Source: Opitutales bacterium (GTDB lineage Bacteria; Verrucomicrobiota; Verrucomicrobiia; Opitutales; PNEW01). Taken from it: a stretch of 64,000 nt of DNA. The notes below the pieces were generated by a model. That model worked only from the letters and a program-made list of their open reading frames with translations. It ran no database searches and had not been told where the DNA came from. The stretch spans positions 2,048,001 through 2,112,000 of the forward strand of contig CBDANS010000007.1 of NCBI GenBank assembly GCA_965197745.1, written 5' to 3'. The position numbers and the translations under genes were made by a program. Every line of letters begins with the position of its first letter. Position 1 is the first letter of the stretch. Below are positions 60,797 through 64,000 of this stretch, in pieces.

Positions 60797-61568
60797 AAAG
60801 ATGATTTTCAGAAACATGAATATGTGTTCCACGGATAGACAATTTCAAACGAGCCCAAAATCCTTCAATGCTATTTACATGGGAGCCACCAAGCACCCAT
60901 TTGCCAGCACCATGATTCACTTTCTTATGATTATATCCAACTTTGTTGAGACCCTTGTAAGAACGAAGCTCGTCTGTGTGAACGGTACTACCAGCCTTCA
61001 CATTCTCTTTAATAATAGGCTGCAAGGTGCGTTTTTTGACATTGGAAACAACCTTTGTTATTACATCACCATCTCTGTTCAGCATGCCAAACGCAATCGC
61101 CTTATTGGGTGCACCACGGCCACGCTTACCACCGGAGGACTTACCACCAATATAGGTTTCATCGGCCTCGATATTGCCATTAAGAGGACTTTCACTATCC
61201 GTATTGGACATGTGCTCACGTATTTTATGAGCCATTCTCAAAGCAGTCGGATAAGCCACCCCAAGTTGTCTGTGAAGCTCCATAGCGGGGACTCCATGTC
61301 TTGTGGTAGTGAAAAGATAAATGGCATAAAACCATTTCTGCAATGGAACATGCGAACCTACAAACATGGTTTTGCTCATTGGATAGATTTCATGACCGCA
61401 CCAAGCACACTCATAAGCGGGGTGGCGTTTAGTGCGATAGAACTTTCCATGCTTACCGCATTTTGGGCAATCCATTGTATCACCATGTTGCTTATGCATC
61501 AGGTAATCAAGGCAGGCATTGTCATTCGGAAAATTTTGTATAAACGCTTGAAATGTCGTAGTTTTCAT
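60711..61568 (-). CDS. IS1595-family transposase
   Basis: CPKC/CAWC Zn ribbon; EADETYIGG, KRGRG, HTDE, HVNSIEGFW and YLKEFEFRYN motifs. Confidence 0.95.
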   Translation of the reverse strand: MKTTTFQAFIQNFPNDNACLDYLMHKQHGDTMDCPKCGKHGKFYRTKRHPAYECAWCGHEIYPMSKTMFVGSHVPLQKWFYAIYLFTTTRHGVPAMELHRQLGVAYPTALRMAHKIREHMSNTDSESPLNGNIEADETYIGGKSSGGKRGRGAPNKAIAFGMLNRDGDVITKVVSNVKKRTLQPIIKENVKAGSTVHTDELRSYKGLNKVGYNHKKVNHGAGKWVLGGSHVNSIEGFWARLKLSIRGTHIHVSENHLFKYLKEFEFRYNYRHKPEQMFPALISSL

Positions 61569-61689
61569 AATTACCTCCCATTTTTAAAGGTATATTACAA
61601 GAATTACTTACACGTGTCAACTATATAATTACGTATTCTTATTGCTCAATATCAGGGATAGGCTAGTTATCTTTTAATTTAGGAAAATT

Positions 61690-62760
61690 TTGAATAAGGA
61701 GGCAATAGAGACTGCTCTTAAACAGGTTAAATATCCAGGCTTTAGCCGCGATATCGTTTCATTTGGTTTATTGCGCAGCATCGATTGCAATGAAAACCGC
61801 GTAAAAGTCGGTTTAGAAGTTACCACTTCCGATCCCCAAATACCCCATCGACTAAAATCTGAAGTCGAAAATACCCTGCAGGCCTTAGCTGGCATAGGTC
61901 AGGTTGAAGTAAATATTATCGTTAAATCGTCAAGTGCCCCCGCTTCGGATGACAAAAAGCCAAGTGGTCAAATCGGTGTTAATAATCAGCTGCAAAATGT
62001 GAGCCACATCGTTGCTATTGCCAGTGGCAAAGGGGGGGTCGGGAAATCAACCTTTGCCGTTAATTTTGCCTGCGCTCTAAATGGCATTCTATCTAATCGC
62101 GGCAAACAGAACCAGGTTGGGATTATGGATTGCGACATCTATGGTCCCTCCATCCCTCTTATGATTGGGATCAATCAAAGACCGGAAGTAGAGGATAATT
62201 GTATAATACCCCTGCATAATTTTGGCATCCGTGTAATGTCTATGGGGTTTTTGATCGATGAGCACACCCCCGTGGTCTGGCGTGGTCCCATGGTAACAAA
62301 GACCATCACGCAGTTCATTAATAATGTGAATTGGGGGCAACTTGAAATTCTTATCGTCGATCTTCCTCCAGGCACAGGGGATGCCCAGCTCACCCTGGTG
62401 CAATCGATGCCTCTTGATGGCGCTATCGTTGTTACTACGCCACAGACCGCAGCTTATAGCGTTGCCCAGCGCGGTGCCACCATGTTTGACAAGGTTAACG
62501 TCCCTATTCTTGGCGTGGCTGAAAATATGAGCTTTCTTGAAATTCCCGACTCTTCCACGCGACATTACATTTTCGGTCAGGGCGGTGGTGAAAAAACTGC
62601 CGATCACCTCAAGACAAAACTGCTTGGTCAAATTCCCCTTGATGAAGGGATACGCGAGGGCAGTGATAATGGCGTTCCCATTGTTATCGGTGAACCTGAT
62701 AGTCGACCTGCTGCCGTTTTTAATGAAATGGCTGAAACCATTATCAATTTATTAAGCTAA
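61690..62760 (+). CDS. mrp: Mrp/NBP35 (ApbC) Fe-S cluster carrier ATPase
   Basis: ASGKGGVGKST, DIYGPS, VWRGPM, DLPPGTGD and ENMS motifs; TTG start. Confidence 0.93.
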   Translation: MNKEAIETALKQVKYPGFSRDIVSFGLLRSIDCNENRVKVGLEVTTSDPQIPHRLKSEVENTLQALAGIGQVEVNIIVKSSSAPASDDKKPSGQIGVNNQLQNVSHIVAIASGKGGVGKSTFAVNFACALNGILSNRGKQNQVGIMDCDIYGPSIPLMIGINQRPEVEDNCIIPLHNFGIRVMSMGFLIDEHTPVVWRGPMVTKTITQFINNVNWGQLEILIVDLPPGTGDAQLTLVQSMPLDGAIVVTTPQTAAYSVAQRGATMFDKVNVPILGVAENMSFLEIPDSSTRHYIFGQGGGEKTADHLKTKLLGQIPLDEGIREGSDNGVPIVIGEPDSRPAAVFNEMAETIINLLS

Positions 62761-62898
62761 TTTAAGGTTTTTCTTGATAGTGGTTTTATATTATTATATT
62801 TGAAAACTAACCGTATTTACTTTATCTTATAATCTAATCCCTTTTTAGATACGAAATATCATAGACGGAGACCGTCTGTTTTAATAATAAAAAGTGCG

Positions 62899-63144
62899 AT
62901 GAAAAAAAGCCCCGCTACCCCCAATGCAAATCAAGAGCTGATGAAGAACTCCAGCTTGTATGCAGAGTTTCTCGCCGAGCGCGAAGAAATATTAAAACAT
63001 AAATGGCTGGAGTCGGAAAAAGCTGGTCATGACATCGGTTTTGAGCGAGCCCTGCTGGATTGGATTCGCAAACATCGGGACACCTGGCGCATGAGTCGAC
63101 GCCTTACTCAATCCAAAGCCGAAAGCAATAATTCCAGAGGTTGA
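62899..63144 (+). CDS. DUF4032-like small protein
   Basis: EREEILKHKWLESEKAGHDIGFERALLDW. Confidence 0.8.
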   Translation: MKKSPATPNANQELMKNSSLYAEFLAEREEILKHKWLESEKAGHDIGFERALLDWIRKHRDTWRMSRRLTQSKAESNNSRG

Positions 63145-63197
63145 TCGACAGGCCTTTGTCCCGAGCAGCAAGACCGACCTCACGAGGTCAATAGAGC

Positions 63198-63365
63198 TTA
63201 TTTAACTTCCCGATGGAGGGTATGCCGTCGAAGAAAAGGATTATACTTCTTTTTTTCCATACGGCCCTGCTGCAGCTTTTTATTGCGAGTGGACATATAC
63301 CTTGAAGGCGGTTTCCCCTCCTTAGCTGCTTCGGTGCATTCTAATATGATATTTTCTCTTGGCAT
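63198..63365 (-). CDS. rpmG: 50S ribosomal protein L33 (absent from the ORF track, 55 aa)
   Basis: Own translation: [55 protein letters not shown]. Confidence 0.95.
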   Translation of the reverse strand: MPRENIILECTEAAKEGKPPSRYMSTRNKKLQQGRMEKKKYNPFLRRHTLHREVK

Positions 63366-63440
63366 AGATAAACGATTAAAGGCCTATTCAATAACAGACC
63401 TCATCTTTGGGCAATAATAAATTTTAAAAAGGACCTCACC

Positions 63441-64000
63441 TTATTGTTCACCCCCCATGGAATTATCAATAAGTGGCAACATAACCCCGCGCCGGAATAG
63501 CGTAACCCGTCCGGAAGTAGCTGAAACAGCAATAACAATGCTGTCGGTAGCACGAGAAATTGCAGAAGCGGCAGCGTGGCGCGCCCCAAAACCACTGGGC
63601 ATTTCATGGTAGTAATCACTGGGGGCGTTTATCAAGCTACCAGCCGATTCAATAACCCCATTTCCTTTTATGATGAAAGCCCCATCCATAAAAGATAATT
63701 CCTTGATCGTTTCATCCATGAATGGATTGAGGATATTGCGATCTTCTTCTTTATAACCATGAAAAGGATTCAAGACCAATGGTTTTATCATGGTGCTGAC
63801 CTTTTCAATATCTCCTAAAACAAACAAACAGCCAATGGGGCGCCCTTCCCTTCCTTCAAGGGATAATTCCGTGGCCACTGCTAATATACGTTCGAGCACT
63901 TCAAATTCTACAGATGAAGGCAAAAGATCAGCCTCCCGAGTGAGCACGGATTGAAACTCTCGTTCAACATCGACAACAACCAAAGTATCAAACTGATTGC
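63441..64000 (-). CDS. Diadenylate cyclase (DisA_N/DAC domain) protein; 5' end lies outside the window
   Basis: EGREGRPIG, MDGAFII and GARHAAA catalytic motifs. Confidence 0.88.
   Translation of the reverse strand, partial: NQFDTLVVVDVEREFQSVLTREADLLPSSVEFEVLERILAVATELSLEGREGRPIGCLFVLGDIEKVSTMIKPLVLNPFHGYKEEDRNILNPFMDETIKELSFMDGAFIIKGNGVIESAGSLINAPSDYYHEMPSGFGARHAAASAISRATDSIVIAVSATSGRVTLFRRGVMLPLIDNSMGGEQ

Larger units (their letters stand above)
60002..61633 (-). mobile_element. IS1595-family element carrying two passenger genes
   Basis: IRs CGCGATTGTAAAGTTGACACGTGTA / CGTAATTATATAGTTGACACGTGTA; 8-bp AT-rich duplication TATTTTTA (59994-60001) / TATTCTTA (61634-61641). Confidence 0.9.

Noticed and set aside
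60651..61628. 325-aa plus-strand ORF
   Set aside because: Antisense to the IS1595 transposase, with no recognisable domain or RBS.
1..64000. CRISPR array, rRNA or tRNA genes
   Set aside because: I found no regularly spaced identical repeats with unique spacers, no cas genes and no recognisable rRNA or tRNA sequence.

Overview
Bacterial genomic DNA, most likely a marine Verrucomicrobiota (Opitutia-like) organism. This is inferred from the L33 sequence, a DUF4032-type protein, a W-A-x-x-D-P repeat protein and an Opitutus-like conserved C-terminal domain. About 1-49 kb is an accessory region and about 49-64 kb is mostly housekeeping (ugd, tolB, mrp, rpmG, diadenylate cyclase) plus an IS1595 carrying passenger genes. 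The accessory part holds: (i) an integrase-less integron-cassette region with four attC sites, fed by three homologous promoter+attI-like modules and punctuated by GGGGTCAG palindromes; (ii) degraded IS3 and IS4 elements with clear ends and target duplications; (iii) three tandem secreted Ig-domain proteins with hypervariable loops, plus a fourth Ig module grafted in frame into a beta-propeller enzyme; (iv) a catabolic island with sulfatases, a GH32-like protein, seven full-length PhyH-type 2OG-Fe(II) dioxygenases plus a fragment (three are tandem PhyH-HEAT fusions) and a Baeyer-Villiger monooxygenase; (v) intergenic DNA built from nested mini-repeats, one family of which also inserted twice into the IS3 transposase. 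No rRNA, tRNA, CRISPR array, integrase or reverse transcriptase was recognised. All calls are by eye from motifs; no database searches were run.
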